Assembly: GCF_006345805.1 (NCBI RefSeq) | Contig: NC_043004.1 | Span: 104,036,001-104,100,000 of the forward strand | Origin: Octopus sinensis | Lineage: Eukaryota | Reading direction: 5' to 3' | Length of the DNA stretch: 64,000 bases | In this document: piece after piece, positions 39,604 through 53,527 of the stretch | How positions within the stretch are numbered: the first letter of the stretch is position 1 | Layout of the letters: the number at the start of each line of letters is the position of its first letter | Translations under genes and position numbers: made by a program | Notes under the pieces: model-generated | The model's input: the letters and a program-made list of their open reading frames with translations, nothing else | What the model was told of the DNA's origin: nothing | The model's database searches: none

Positions 39604-41147
39604 TTATAAGTAAGGGCAAAAGAAAAAATTTCTAATGCCAAAATATGCCGAAAATAGACACAACGTCAATAACCATGTAATTTATCACTACAAGCACGCG
39701 TTTCGAAGAAAGCCGACAGAAATTTTTAAAAAATCCCGTTATTACCATATCGAACCCGATTTCAGAGTTAGTTCATAAGAACTTTCCTTTCATCAGTGAT
39801 AAATGCGGCAAAGAAATAAGTGAAATACTTACTTATACCCATGGAAGAAGCGAACACTAAGTCATGAGCACAACCAAGTACCCCAAATATATCCAAAATA
39901 GAAACTCTCAAGCCCATCTCGGGACACGTGCGATTCGAACTAAAAACTCTCGTAAAGTGAGAGTCCGGAAGTGAATACTATTAAATTAATATCTAATGTA
40001 GGATAACATTTTTCGAAAAAAAATTCTATCAATGGCCGTATGTATGTATGTATGTATGTATGTATGTATGTATGTATGTATGTATGTATGTATGTATGTA
40101 TGTATGTATGTATGTATGTATGTATGTATGTATGTATGTATGCATGTATGAATGTATGTATGTACGTACGTATGTATGTATGTTATAGATAATGAAGTGT
40201 ATTGAGACTTGTAAATCTGCAAAACTTATTTTATGGTTATATACAGCATATCATAATGACCTGCACGTGTCTCCGCTGCAGTGACTGCTCACTACTGCAA
40301 ATGCAACCTTGCAATATTGTCAGTGCAGCTTCATTAGAGTCTGTCCGTTTTGTCGTCCTCGAAGTGAACCGATTGAAGTAAATTTTCGTTAGTTAGTGCT
40401 CTGTAGGAGGTGAGGGTGTTGTTAAGTATAGGTCTGCGCTGCTAACCTATCTTTTGCAATTTTAGAACTTATGAACTTAGCTTCATAAGACGCTAACGTT
40501 AAATTCGTAATCACAGGGATGTGAGTTCGAGTCTCGTGGCTGGCTGGCTGGTAACGTATCAGTCGATGTCCCAAATCAAGATCAACATTATTGTTTTTAA
40601 AAGGTTCTTTGTTCGTTTTATTGGTAGTAAGTGTTATGTTTTTGATTTCGAGTATACTTGCTTGTATTAAAGGGTTCATGTTTGTTTATATTTAATTTGG
40701 GGTTGGGCTGATCATGATTTGTGTTTTATATATATACATATATATATAGGCATACATACATGTGTGTGTGTGTGTGTGTATACATGGTTCAAAACTAAAG
40801 AAAAAACAATGGCATAGGGAAAACAGCAAGGTACTATTAGATTGGCAGTCAGGGAAAATGGAAGAAGTTTTCAAAGTCTCGCATCTACAGCAGATCTATT
40901 TCAGCTTCCGTCTACTAAATCCACTCACAAGTGGTGTCACGCAGTGTGATGAACCCGGAACCATGTAGTTTGGAAGAGAACTTACGACATAGCCACGACG
41001 CGCCTATGCCTCGCTCAGAGATTTATTATACACACACAAAACACACACACACACACACAACACACACACACACACACGCACACACATATATTCAACTTAC
41101 GATGAAAGTAAAGAAAGTTTGTTTTAGAAGCGTTGAGAATGTATTGA

Positions 41148-41520
41148 AAGATACAGAAATAATTTTTTTAAATCTCAAACTTGTGATAATGCTAATAAAA
41201 TAGCGTGAACAGGATAAATTATCCCTATATTGCAGAAAAATACGTTACCGGCCAGCCATGTGACTCGAACTCACATCTCAGTGATTACGAATTTAACGTT
41301 AGCATCTTATGAAGCTAAGTTTATTAGTTCTAAAATAGCAGAAGAATTCGTAACTACGCAGTTTAGCTTAATGGTAAAGCACTTGACGCGTTATCACAGG
41401 GATGTGAGTTCGCGTCTTATGGCTGGCCGGTAACGTATTTTTCTGCAATATATGGATAATTTATCCTGTTCACGCTATTTTATTAGCGTTTGAGAATAAA
41501 AAAAATTATTTCTGTATCTT
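41148..41520. mobile_element. Fold-back element with ~130-bp arms and a tRNA-like segment; related single copy at 40460-40560
   Basis: Arms 41148-41283 / 41393-41520; tagcttaatggtaaagc (A-box-like) and gagttcg (B-box-like); right end abuts (TA)n. Confidence 0.7.
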
Positions 41521-41682
41521 ATATATACATATATATATATAGTTAATCCAAACAAGAAAACACAAAAAAAAACAAAAAAAAACACAACAACGCGAGGACG
41601 TGGAACAAATTGACAAAAGACGAAGACAGGTGTATAAACAACAAACTGATGTATTAGTTTAACGCTCAGGAAGTGAGGAAGT

Positions 41683-41718
41683 CTTTTACGTATCGAGCTT
41701 ACGCTCTTCAACAGAAAG
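41683..41718 (-). ncRNA. 36-nt hammerhead-like motif with CUGUUGA core (GAAA->GAUA)
   Basis: cttt-CTGTTGA-a-gagc-gtaa-gctc-GAtAC-GTA-aaag. Confidence 0.55.
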
Positions 41719-42480
41719 GAACACGAGAAAATAAACAGAAAGAGAATTTTAAAAACAAAAGATATAGTGGTTAGCGGTCGATTATGGCGATGGTTGGACG
41801 GAGGTAGTCAGACAGGAAAACTAGGAAGGAGGGGAGATAATAAAGTAGGGATGATCTTAAAACGAAGGTGCGCGTGCGTGTGTATGTGAGAGCCTGCGTG
41901 TGGATTGATGCTGGTGACCTTGACGTGTGAATGTGTGCATGTGTAGGTGTGTGGATGATGGTGTGGGTGCTAGGAAGTGGTCAGTGCTAGTGTGCGCGGG
42001 GTGGTGTGATGTGGTGTGGTGTGGTGTGGTGTGGCATGGTGAGAGGGTTATTTGGGCCTGCGGTCTAAAACTAAGTAGAGCATAGTTATAATATGTCTAT
42101 AATGGTGTTTGATCAGAGGTTAACGACGGATATGAATTAATTCTGTCATGCAATCATTCTATTATTCCATTCCCAAGCTGAATTCCAACTGTTGGCCAAT
42201 TTATCCCAAAGTTCTTATCTTAACGATGCGAATGTCATTTATCTCCCCCTTGATCTCAGGCGTTCTCCTTCTAACGCCAACCAAGATGGCATGAACTAAC
42301 CAAGCGTTACTTGCTAGAAATATCAACCCAAATGTTTCTAAGTCAGATCCGAATGCTGTATGTTCAAGAACCAAATGAAGGACAGATTTTCAAACCCAGG
42401 ATAATCCTGTTTCCAAAAATGTATGTAGATTGAGGTACAGGGGTCCCAGACGGACAGACAGAATTTCGCTTTTATTACTA

Positions 42481-42511
<31 letters not shown>

Positions 42512-42562
42512 TATTATTATTATTATTATTATTATAAAGAGACAGACAGACAAACAGAGAAT

Positions 42563-42603
<41 letters not shown>

Positions 42604-42669
42604 TGTGTGATTCTATATGAGTACAACTTAAAAGTTTTGCATAACAATAACAGGCTACATAATAAATAA

Positions 42670-42925
42670 TAAATGCGCCCTTTTAAAGCCTAGCCAGGTT
42701 CATGGACCCGGTTTCCCCGGTTTCAATGGCGTATGTGTTCCCCAGCTGGACGGGACGCCAGTCCATCTCAGCGTTACTCTTACTCCTTATTGCCAGCTGA
42801 GTGGACTGGAGCAGCGTGAAATGAAGTGTTTTGCTCAAGAACACAACGCATCGCCCTGACCAGGAATCGAAACCACAATCTTACGATCATGATGCTGACA
42901 CCCTAACCACTTAGCCACACGTTTA
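42670..42925 (-). mobile_element. SINE family D
   Basis: tRNA-like head, gtgttcttgagcaaaacacttcatttcacg CORE-like, V-like gatggactggcgtcccgtccag. Confidence 0.85.
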
Positions 42926-43025
42926 ATAAACTCTTCAAAACTAAAATTACAAAAGCGAATCAAAATTTAAAAAACAACGAATGTACACGGAACAGGATTT
43001 TATTTAAGCTATTGTACTATGGTCA

Positions 43026-43761
43026 TTGACACCACCACCACCACCACCACCACCACCACTACCACCACCACCACCACCACCACCACCACTACCACCACCA
43101 CCACTACTACTACTACTACCACTACTACTACTACTACTACTACAACAACAACAACTACAACTACTACTACTACTACTACTTTTAGTAATAATAATAATAA
43201 TACCACTATTACCACTTCTACTACAACTACTTTTAAGACGAGACAGCCGGTGTGCGTGTGTTGGAGAGGAGGTGACTATGCCGAGGACCGACGTGCTACA
43301 CGTAGCAGTCAAAGCTCCCTCATATCATCATATCCTATTTCGACCGTAATAGGATATTGCAAACAAAATATTTAGAGAATGTAAACAAGCCAATAAATAT
43401 AGATATAGTACAGGATGGTCACTTCTTAAAACATAATGCAGGATGGTCAAGGGTGGAGCATCTTTTGGTCTTTAACGATAAAGGAAAGAAAATGAGCGGA
43501 AATTCTGAAGATATTTATAGCTCGTTATATTTTTCAATTCTTCGTCTTCTCCTCTTCCTCCTCCTCCTCCTCCTTCTTCTTCTACTACTACTACTACTAC
43601 TACTACTACACGACTTGTTAAAAATAGTACATTTTTGAATCGTACATTGAGCTCTTCTTCTTCTTCTTCTTCTTCTTCTTCTTCTCCTCTTTCTTCTTCC
43701 TCTTCTTCTTCATCTTCCTCTTCTTCTTGTTCTTCTTGTTCTTGTTCTTGTTCTTCTTCTG

Positions 43762-43804
<43 letters not shown>

Positions 43805-43810
43805 GCGACT
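43026..43810. repeat. Compound (ACC)n/(ACT)n/(TCC)n/(TTC)n microsatellites
   Basis: Direct reading. Confidence 0.9.
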
Positions 43811-44107
43811 TACTAAAAATAGTACCTAAATTATTTTTGAATCGTACGCTGAGCTGATTTTAGAGAAAAATCATTTTAGAAATTGTCCACTACACACAGT
43901 AATCTGATATTGCTTTATTCGTTTCCTTGTTTCAATCATCGGAATGCGGCCATGCTACGGCATATCGCTCCCCAACCCCTACCGGCGGTATTTATTTTTT
44001 AGAGTGGTGCTTATTTTATGGAGGCTACTTTTCGAGCAGCTAAGTTGCGAAACTTAGACACAGAACACCTTAAAGATAGATATAAAGATTGATATGTATA
44101 CACATGT

Positions 44108-44535
44108 GGAGGCGCGTGGCTTAGTGGTTAGGGTGTCAGCACCATGATCGTAAGATTGTGATTTCGATTCCTGGACAGGGCGATGCGTTGTGTTCTTGAG
44201 CAAAACACTTCATTTCACGATGCTCCAGTTCACTCAGCTGGAAAAATGAGTAACACTGCGATGGACTAGCTCAGTTGTTAAAGCGTCGAGTTTACGATCG
44301 CGAGGTTGTGAGTTCGAATCCCGGACCGGGCTGCGTGTTGTGTTCTTGAGCAAGACACTTTATTTCACGTTGCTCCAGTTCACTCAGCTGTAGAAATGAG
44401 TTGCGACGTCACAGGTGCCAAGCTGTATTGGCCTTTGCCTTTCCCTTGGATAACACTGGTGGCGTGGAGAGGGGAGGCCGGTATGCATGGGCGACTGCTG
44501 GTCTTCCATAAAACAACCTTGCCCGGACTTGTGCT
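44108..44535 (+). mobile_element. Two tandem tRNA-derived CORE-type SINEs (44108-44262, 44266-44535)
   Basis: Two A/B-box heads, each followed by gtgttcttgagcaa(a/g)acactt. Confidence 0.85.
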
Positions 44536-44643
44536 CTACTTCTACCACCACCAATTCCATCACCACCACCTTCACTACAATTACTGTTGTTGCTGTCGCT
44601 ACTACTACTACTACTGCTGCTGCTGCTGATGATGATGATGATG

Positions 44644-44680
<37 letters not shown>

Positions 44681-45089
44681 TACGTGACAGCCTATACGTA
44701 GTCTCTCATCTTGCTTCTCATTCAAATTCTGCTCACTACTTTGATTTCAAATTTTGGCACAAGGCCAGCAATTTCGATAGAGGTGAGTAAGTTAATTACG
44801 TCGACCTCAGTGCTTAACTGGTACTTATTTTATCAACCCCGAGAGGACGAAAGGCAAACTCGACGGGAATGGAATTTGAACTCAGTTTGTAAAGACGGAC
44901 GAAATGCCATTAAAAACAATAACATCAACCCCAATGTTCACCTGGTACTTATTTTATCGAGTCCGAAAGGATGAAAGGCAAAGTCGACCTCGGTGGAATT
45001 TGAACTCAGAACGTAGCGACAGGCGAAATACTGCTAAGCGTTTCGTCCAGCGTGCTAACGATTCTGCCAGCTCACCGCCTTATTTCATT

Positions 45090-45400
45090 AAATAATTGTT
45101 TATTCCTTCTCGAGCCACGCCTGGCTCATAAGGGCCGGTTTCCCGGTTTCCTTGGCGTATAGGTTCCTCACCTGGACGGGACGCCGGTCCGTCGCAGGCG
45201 AGCTGCAAGATGCAGGAGGAAAGAGTGAGAGAAAGTTGTGGCGAAAGAGTCGGCAGAAATTCGCCATTACCTTCTGCCGGAACCGAAGGGAGCTTAGGTA
45301 TTTCGCCCATAAACACACATATCGCCCGGTTTGAGATTCGAACACGCGATCCCTCGACCGCGTATCCGCTGCTCTAACCACTAGGCTATGTGCCTCCATT
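45090..45400 (-). mobile_element. SINE family C (tRNA head, V-domain-like segment)
   Basis: Reverse complement of 53221-53527. Confidence 0.88.
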
Positions 45401-46596
45401 CCATTTAATAAGAAGAAGAATAAAGGACAGTGTGGCCATGGTTGTTCAGTTCGATTTGATTCTGGTGCTGAGCAACAGATACAACTTATTTCTAAATTCG
45501 TCACAAGGAAACAGGTAGTTTGCGGGAGAAGGGCATGCCGATTAAACTGATTCAGCACTTGTATTTTATTTTATCGACCTCCAGAAAAATTTTAAATGAA
45601 ACTGTTCTCAGCCAGGTTAGAACACAGACCGTAAAATGACATGAGTGAACAGCGCAAAGCACTAAACCAAACTCTTTACTTGTTCTGCCAACCTACCTCC
45701 GTTTATGATGATGATGATGATGATGATGATGGCAGGGAGTGGGGAGGAGAAGGAAGCAGAGGAGGCGAAGGATGAGTTATTTTAATTGCCATAGGAATAT
45801 CAGATGAGTTGGATATTACACGATCAGCTTACAATTTGCATGGAAATTTATCTAAAAAGATGAAGGTATGGAAGAGAAGGCTGAAATGAAATAAAAGGTA
45901 TGCATTGTGTACACAACATGTGAACCTATGAGTGATGTAGTCTAGATACAAGAGACCTTTCAACTAAGTTCAATACAGGAATTCTATAGATCCAGGATCG
46001 CCCTGACCCTCAAAAGCACAAACTTTTGCCCAACTGTTTGCTGTTTTCCAAATTACAGGCGCATGCTTTGAGTAGCTACATTCATCCTAAATATTTTTAT
46101 CACAGTTGATAAGAGCTCGGACAAAGAGGAAATGGTCTGTCTTCAGCTCTTTGAGTTCTGTTTGTCAAATTCGCTGGGGAGAGCACATCTTTTCTTAAGT
46201 GTCGGTCGTTATTTTCAGTTGCTATGCAATTTACTTTCATTTTTTAGGACAATTTACTTTCACTTTTATACGCCGGAGAAATGCGTGTTAACCCATATTC
46301 CTGTATCCTAACAATTTATACACAATAATTAATAGTGAGTGTTCATTAACTAACCAGAGGTGTAATTTAGCTGCTTTAAGCGATGTTTTTTTAATTTAAT
46401 AGTGATTATACGTACAGTTTGTTTGTTTACTATTCCAACGTGTTTACTGCTCATACAGTATTTTACCATTTTAAAAAGAAGTTATTGTGTAATAAATAGG
46501 ATAAAAAGAAAAACAAAAACAGTCATATCAGATAAGAGCATTTAGTAAATCAAACTGTTCAAGTCGTTAAGAAATTACGCCAAAACATAATTTTAG

Positions 46597-46704
46597 ATAA
46601 AGAATAAATTCATTCACCGATGGAAAGTGGTTGAAGGCCGAGTTAGTATTTTACTAACTGAATTTGGCTCTGTCAACTGTGATGTTGATCATGAAGATGC
46701 AGAA
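46597..46704 (+). CDS. Candidate 108-nt phase 0/0 coding exon IKNKFIHRWKVVEGRVSILLTEFGSVNCDVDHEDAE
   Basis: ttttAG acceptor, GAA|gtaagt donor, stop-free in unique sequence; faint death-domain-like look only. Confidence 0.35.
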
Positions 46705-46774
46705 GTAAGTAATTTTTTAGTGAAAGAAATGGAGAGGTTATAAATATTCTATGTCGAAGACTTTTTTTTTTAAT

Positions 46775-46983
46775 CCTTTTATTTGTTTCAGTTATTTGAC
46801 TGCGGCCATGATTGAGCACCGCCTTTAGTCGCGCAAATCGACCCCAGGATTTATTCTTTGTAAGCATAGTAACTATTCTATCGTTCTCTTTCGCCGAACT
46901 ACTAAGTTACGGGGACGTAAACACACCAGTATCGGTTGTCAAGCGATGTTGGGGGACAAATACAGATACACAAACACATACAT

Positions 46984-47050
<67 letters not shown>

Positions 47051-47218
47051 CATACGACGGGCTTCTTTTCAGTTTCCGTCTACCAAATCCACTCGCAAGG
47101 CTTTGGTCGGCCCGAGGCTATAGTAAAAACACTTGCCCAAGGTGCCACGCAATGGGACTGAACCTGGAACCGTGTGGTTGGTAAACAAGCTACTTACCAC
47201 ATATCCACTCCTGCACCT
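46775..47218 (-). mobile_element. SINE family A
   Basis: Reverse complement of the family A sequence. Confidence 0.9.
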
Positions 47219-47359
47219 TGTATATAAAATAAACTAAAAACTTTCTAGAGAAGCTGTTGAGCGGGATCAACACATGGAAATTGCATCCATTGACATTGGA
47301 TCCAAATCACATGATTTCAAGTAATTCAGGAAGAATTTTGTTAATTAAATTATATTGTT

Positions 47360-47642
47360 GTTTGTTCCTGGCTCATAAGGGCCGGTTTCCCGATTTCCTT
47401 GGCGTATAGGTTCCCCTCCTGGACGGGACGCCGGTCCGTCGCAGGTGAGCTGCAAGATGCAGGAGGAAAGAGCGAGAGAAAGTTGTGGCGAAAGAGTCAG
47501 CAGAAGTTCACCATTACCTTCTGCCGGAGCCGCGTGGAACTTAGGTGTTTCGCTCATAAACACACACATCGCCCAGTCTGAGATTCGAACCTGCGATCTC
47601 TCGGCCGCGAGTCCGCTGCTCTAACCACTAGGCCATATGCCT
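47360..47642 (-). mobile_element. SINE family C
   Basis: Near-identical to 45090-45400. Confidence 0.88.
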
Positions 47643-48464
47643 CATAATTAAAATATATATATTGTGGTATATTTTTGAAGATAGCAAATTACAATTAGTA
47701 AATTGCTATATTAATATCGTAAAAGAAATCGAAAATTTTTAGGCGGAGGTCTTTGGGTCGTGATATGATTCATTTCATTATATAACGGATTGATTATGCA
47801 CCGATTTCATTTACGCTGTCTCATCTATGACAGCTTTTCCGGTGCAAAATCAAAGCGGCTTCTGTGCGTATCTGTACAAACATCGTGGCTGTCAACTCGT
47901 AGGCGACTATGACCTTCACTGACAATCAATGGTATCTCACATGTTAAGGCAATGTCTTGTCCGCAATGCTCGTGCTGAAATTTTCAGTCAATAGCAGTTT
48001 GCACAACACCTCTAAGAGTCCAGCAACAGAGCCAAATAGTTCGGAAACAAACAAGAACAATGTCTCCGGCTTCGCAATGAGGAGGGTGTTATTTCGGAAT
48101 TTCTTTCTCATACGGAGATATCTAAACAAAGACTAAAAACCACTCACTCCCAGCTGTTGGATGGCCGTTGACTCTACTGAGGTTTTGTATTTCATTCTGC
48201 AGTGTATCCATTGAAAACAAGCTTTGGTAAGGTCGCCGGTTTAGTCACCACAGCCCGACTATGCAACGGGTTTGTGCCGGGTTACATGTTACTAGGAGCA
48301 CTAAGAGTGACCTGACATACATATATACAGACATACTGAGAGAAGGACATGCAGACTATGCATGCATACAAGTTTAAATAAATACATATCAATGAAAAGG
48401 AAATATATATATATATATTATATATATATATATATACTTAGTTAACCACAGACCCATGCTTACA

Positions 48465-48509
<45 letters not shown>

Positions 48510-48558
48510 ATATATATATATATCAAAATAAAAATAAAAACACGATGCAAAGGATTTA

Positions 48559-48647
48559 GCGGTACATATGTTTCGGGCCTTTATTAGACGGTTTATAACA
48601 ATGCATAATTGATGTAAATGTGTGCCTATATAGCCTTCTTCAGCCGC
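48559..48647 (-). ncRNA. Type I hammerhead ribozyme motif, core intact
   Basis: gcgg-CTGAAGA-a-ggct..ggcc-c-GAAAC-atat-GTA-ccgc; element bracketed by (TA)n. Confidence 0.78.
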
Positions 48648-49019
48648 GTACAATTACTATATATATAGGTGTAAACATGGGTCTGTGGTTAACTACGTAG
48701 TTGCGGTTCGGTTTCAATTCCACTGCGCGGCATCTTGGCAAGAGTCGGCCCCGGGTCAAATCAAACAACAATAAGAACACAAAAAAAAAAAAAAAAAAAA
48801 AACACGAGGGAACCTTTACGCGATTTCTCGACCTGCTAGCTATAAGCAGCCAAATTCTCTTCAGATAACTTCTATCTACCTTCTTAAAGAATACTGGAAT
48901 CATATGAAGTTCCTGATATGTATATACAAAGATGGGTTGGTTACAGCTGGGCGCCTTTGGTCGTGGGTTTGCTCGACGAGGGCTAACCTGGGACTAAACG
49001 CCAATACGCCACCAATATC

Positions 49020-49062
49020 GCCCCCCACCCCAAACCACTACTGCAGCTACTACCACTGCTTT

Positions 49063-49147
<85 letters not shown>

Positions 49148-49968
49148 AAAAACAACAACATCAACCCCGCCACCACCACTACTACTACCACCACCACCAC
49201 AACCACCACTATCACCACTACTACCACCACTACCGCAACCACCACCACCACCACCACTACTACTATTACAACCACCACAACAGTAGCACAAACAAGAATA
49301 TTTCCCCGTCACGAATACTACCAACAACAACAACACAAACAACATTATCCCATCGCCGAGCCAATGACAGACACACTATGTGATCGATCGATTTGCGAAA
49401 AATAACAACCAACTCTTCCTCAAATCGCACAATGCAATCCTAGATACGACATGCGAAAGACAGGAAGGTCATGGTTGAAGATCCTATAATCATAGTTTTG
49501 CTAGCTCAGGGTTGACCAAGGGCTAAACAACAATACCACCACTAGCAGCAGCAGCAGCACCCTAGACTTTACTTCGTCTCCTTGAACATAATTAGCATAA
49601 CCACCACCACCACCACCAATACCACCACCACCACCACCACCATCACCACAACCACCACCATCCGTCTATCCCTTCAAATAAACATCTTCCTCACAAAGCA
49701 CAAACGGTTACATTACCCACCCCACAGCTCTCCTCCCTCCCTACCTCCCCCACGATCTCGGGGCACCCATCGCTACCCTCCATACCCGCCGCTATACCAC
49801 CCATCCCAACCTCCATCAATATCATCACCACCACCACCACTACCACCACCACCACCACCACTGTCATCATTGTCATCATCATCTACAGCAACATCAACAC
49901 TACCACCACTACCATCATCATCATCATCATCATCGTCGTCGTCATCATCATCATCATCATCATCGTCG

Positions 49969-50003
<35 letters not shown>

Positions 50004-50517
50004 GTCATCGTCGTCATCATCATCATCATCATCATCGTCATCATCATCATCGTCATCATCGTCATCGTCATCATCATCATCATCATCATCATCATTATCA
50101 TGATCACCACTATCATCATCATCATCATCGTCATCATCATCATCATCACCATTACAACCACTAGCACCACCATCACCGTCACAGCCACCATCACAGTCAT
50201 CATCATCGTCAACATTGTCAGCATCATCATCGTCGTCGTCGTCGGCGGCGGCCCCATCAGATGTAGGACGTGGGTGTCGAGAATTAAGATCGACAGAAAT
50301 AAATATTATTGACACAATATAATAATGTCCCTTAATTGGATGAGTTGAAAAGGTCACTAATTTTAAGGCTGCCTAATTAAAAAGGGGCCAGAAGGATTTC
50401 CAGTGATGTCATAGCAACAAGATAAACCATAGATATCGTCATCATTATCATCACCATCATCATCGTCATCATTATCATTATTGTTATTGTTATTATTATT
50501 ATCATTATTATTATTAC

Positions 50518-50549
<32 letters not shown>

Positions 50550-50623
50550 TATTATGATTATGATTATTATATTATTATTATTATTACGATTATTATTATT
50601 ATTTATTATTATGATTATTACGA

Positions 50624-50663
<40 letters not shown>

Positions 50664-50780
50664 GATTATTACGATTATTATTACGATTGTTATTATTATT
50701 ATTATATTATTATTATGATTATGATTATTATTATTATTATTACGATTATTATTATTATTATTATTATTATGATTATTACG

Positions 50781-50833
<53 letters not shown>

Positions 50834-50835
50834 CG
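49020..50835. repeat. Trinucleotide low-complexity field: (ACT)n,(ACC)n,(CAT)n,(ATT)n
   Basis: Direct reading. Confidence 0.95.
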
Positions 50836-51755
50836 CACATAGATTAATGTACAGCTAAGCCGAGTTACATCCAGGCATGCTAAACTATTAATGTATTCTT
50901 GTGAATTTTTCTCGCCGTTTCCTTCAAATTCATTTCCTAACACCTTCCCCACCTTCTCTCACACCCTAGCTCTTTCTCACCCCCACCCCCTCTCTCTCTC
51001 TCTCTCTACCCGTTTCTGTTTCTCTACTTCTATCTATTCACACATACACGTGGGTGAGTGTGCTTTCATGTATTTGTATACATGGGCGTTTGTGTGTCTG
51101 TAAGTGAGAGAAAGAGAGAGGGGGAGGTGGAAGGAGGGAGAGAAAGAGGGAATGTATGAGTATGCGCGCGCGCCCGTGCGTGTGTGTGCGCGTGTGTGTG
51201 TACGTCTGTGCGTGTGTGTGCATGTGTGAATATGCGTGCATATTATTATGAACTATACAAAATTTTGCAGACAAAGACCTAACCACCCAACCATCCATAT
51301 TCAAACTGTATCTAACATACTTACTCAGTAACCTTAATATCTGTACAACTTGTGAAACCGTATTTAGCCTTAAAAAACATTAACTTTTTTTCCTTTTTTC
51401 CTTTCTGCTTCTTTTTCTTTTAATTATCAGCATACGCATAGCGTTGGTCTCCAAATTATTGCAGAATGATTGGAAAATAAAACAAAGCAAAACAAAACAA
51501 TGAATAAATAATACAACAATTGCAAGCTTCCCCCATAAATAACAAGTGTACGAGAAATGAATTATCCATAACTTGAAAATATTCCTGAAGGTGGAGGCGA
51601 GGTTGAGAAAAAAAGATATTAGCACATCATTGATGTAAATCATCTAAGTTTACGTTCCGTTTTTATCAAGTGAATTATAATAAAATCAGCATAAAAATGT
51701 AGGCCAGGAGTCCATCGAAAGAGAGCGGCAGAGAGGAAGAGAAAGAATTAGAGAG

Positions 51756-51792
<37 letters not shown>

Positions 51793-52054
51793 ATGTGTGT
51801 AAAAGATGTTGAAACTTATTTGAAGCCATTAACTGAAACTTGCTTTTGTGGGTCTGTTAGCAGAGAGGGTTCATACCTCTTAGTCTGTCTCATTCGCAAT
51901 GTTTTATTCAAAGCGAATTTCGAGGAATCCTAGAATTACGTGAATAAGAATTATGGATTCTGTAAAATAATGTCTTGTAATAAAATTTAATAAAAATTCA
52001 TTTTATGTAAAAAAAAACAAACAAGTATTCACTATTTCCAAAACAAGGTATCTG

Positions 52055-52099
<45 letters not shown>

Positions 52100-52247
52100 C
52101 ATATGTAAACTCATACATATATATATGTACATACGCGCACATATATGTATAGATATTTACACGTATTTATGCGAGTGTGTATGTGTGTGTGAGTGAGCGT
52201 GTGTGTATGTATGTATATAATACGAACAGACAGACAGACAGATAGCT

Positions 52248-52302
<55 letters not shown>

Positions 52303-52303
52303 C

Positions 52304-52346
<43 letters not shown>

Positions 52347-52347
52347 C

Positions 52348-52431
<84 letters not shown>

Positions 52432-53220
52432 TCTCTCTAGTTTCATTTGACAAAATAAATGTTTTGCTTTTTAAGTATATTGGAAGCCAATTCAAAAACC
52501 AGCGACCAGCAATAAGACAGGCTCGAAGTAACCACTTCGTTTGTTCAGAGTTACAAACGAGAATTAAGCGGAAAAATTTAATGAGAAACTGCTTGAGAAA
52601 CGATAAAATAGTCAACATAAGATTTAAAAGAATTAAGATTCTATCTACCAGGAAAACAAAAAGGAAAGAGCGAGTCCTGACTGGCAGATGCCTGAGGAAA
52701 GACACTAACTCAAGTAGAAACACTTCTTACATAAGAGGACATTAACAGTGAAAGAATGAAGATTAGTGGAATGTTAAGTCAGTAACCTCGGGAGGAAATA
52801 CAAGAGGGAACAACGGACATTAGATGTATTTATAGAATAGAAATGAATTTGCATTGTCTTGGCGGTACGAGGAAAAGGACTGAAGTTTAACTAGCGAAGA
52901 AGGATGAACGTTGTTGGAAATTCGCTTCTGAACACAATACAGGAGAAAAAGAACATCACCCGATGCTCTAACCCAAAGTGGCAACAGTATTCCATACAAA
53001 GACGACGCTTGGAAGCCGCAGGCTCTATTCATAGTTTGGCAGGGAAGCTTCTGGAAAGGCAGTGGTACCATACAAGCTTCAGTTGTATTTAGAATAAGAC
53101 TGTAAAAAAAAACAAAAAAAAAACTTAGAAGAATTCATACTTATTCCTAGTAAGTGATTTGATCTGAGATCATTTGTTAAAACTGAAACAATTGCATTGC
53201 GGAAAAGTTCATGAAAACCG

Positions 53221-53527
53221 GAGGCACATGGCCTGGTGTTTAGAGCAGCGGATACGCGGTCGAGGGATCGCGGGTTCGAATCTCAGTCCGGGCGATGTGT
53301 GTGTTTATGAGCGAAACACCGAAGCTCCACGCGGCTCCGGCAGAGGGTAATGGCGAACTTCTGCTGACTCTTTCGCCACAACTTTCTCTCGCTCTTTTCT
53401 CCCGTATCTAGCAGCTCACCTGCGACGGACTGGCGGCCCGTCCAGGCGGAGAACCTATACGCCAATGAAGCCGGAAAACCGGTCCTTATGAGCCAGGCAT
53501 GGCTCGAGAAGGAACAAGCAACAACAA
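53221..53527 (+). mobile_element. SINE family C, full length
   Basis: ggaggcacatggcctggtgtttagagcagcgg..gggttcgaatctc..gcgacggactggcggcccgtccagg..gagaaggaacaagcaacaacaac. Confidence 0.9.

Noticed and set aside
39680-39805. Minus-strand hammerhead with a long stem II insert
   Set aside because: CTGATGA and GAAACGCGT are present but there is no valid UH site in register with stem I; at best a degenerate PLE terminus
44266-44330. tRNA-like sequence
   Set aside because: It is the tRNA-derived head of a SINE; no complete acceptor stem and it continues into a CORE-like body
47966-48136. Short plus ORF (..KSPATEP..GFAMRRVLFRN..) loosely like the minus-strand peptide at 11254
   Set aside because: Similarity limited to a few residues and could be chance; no signal peptide or independent support
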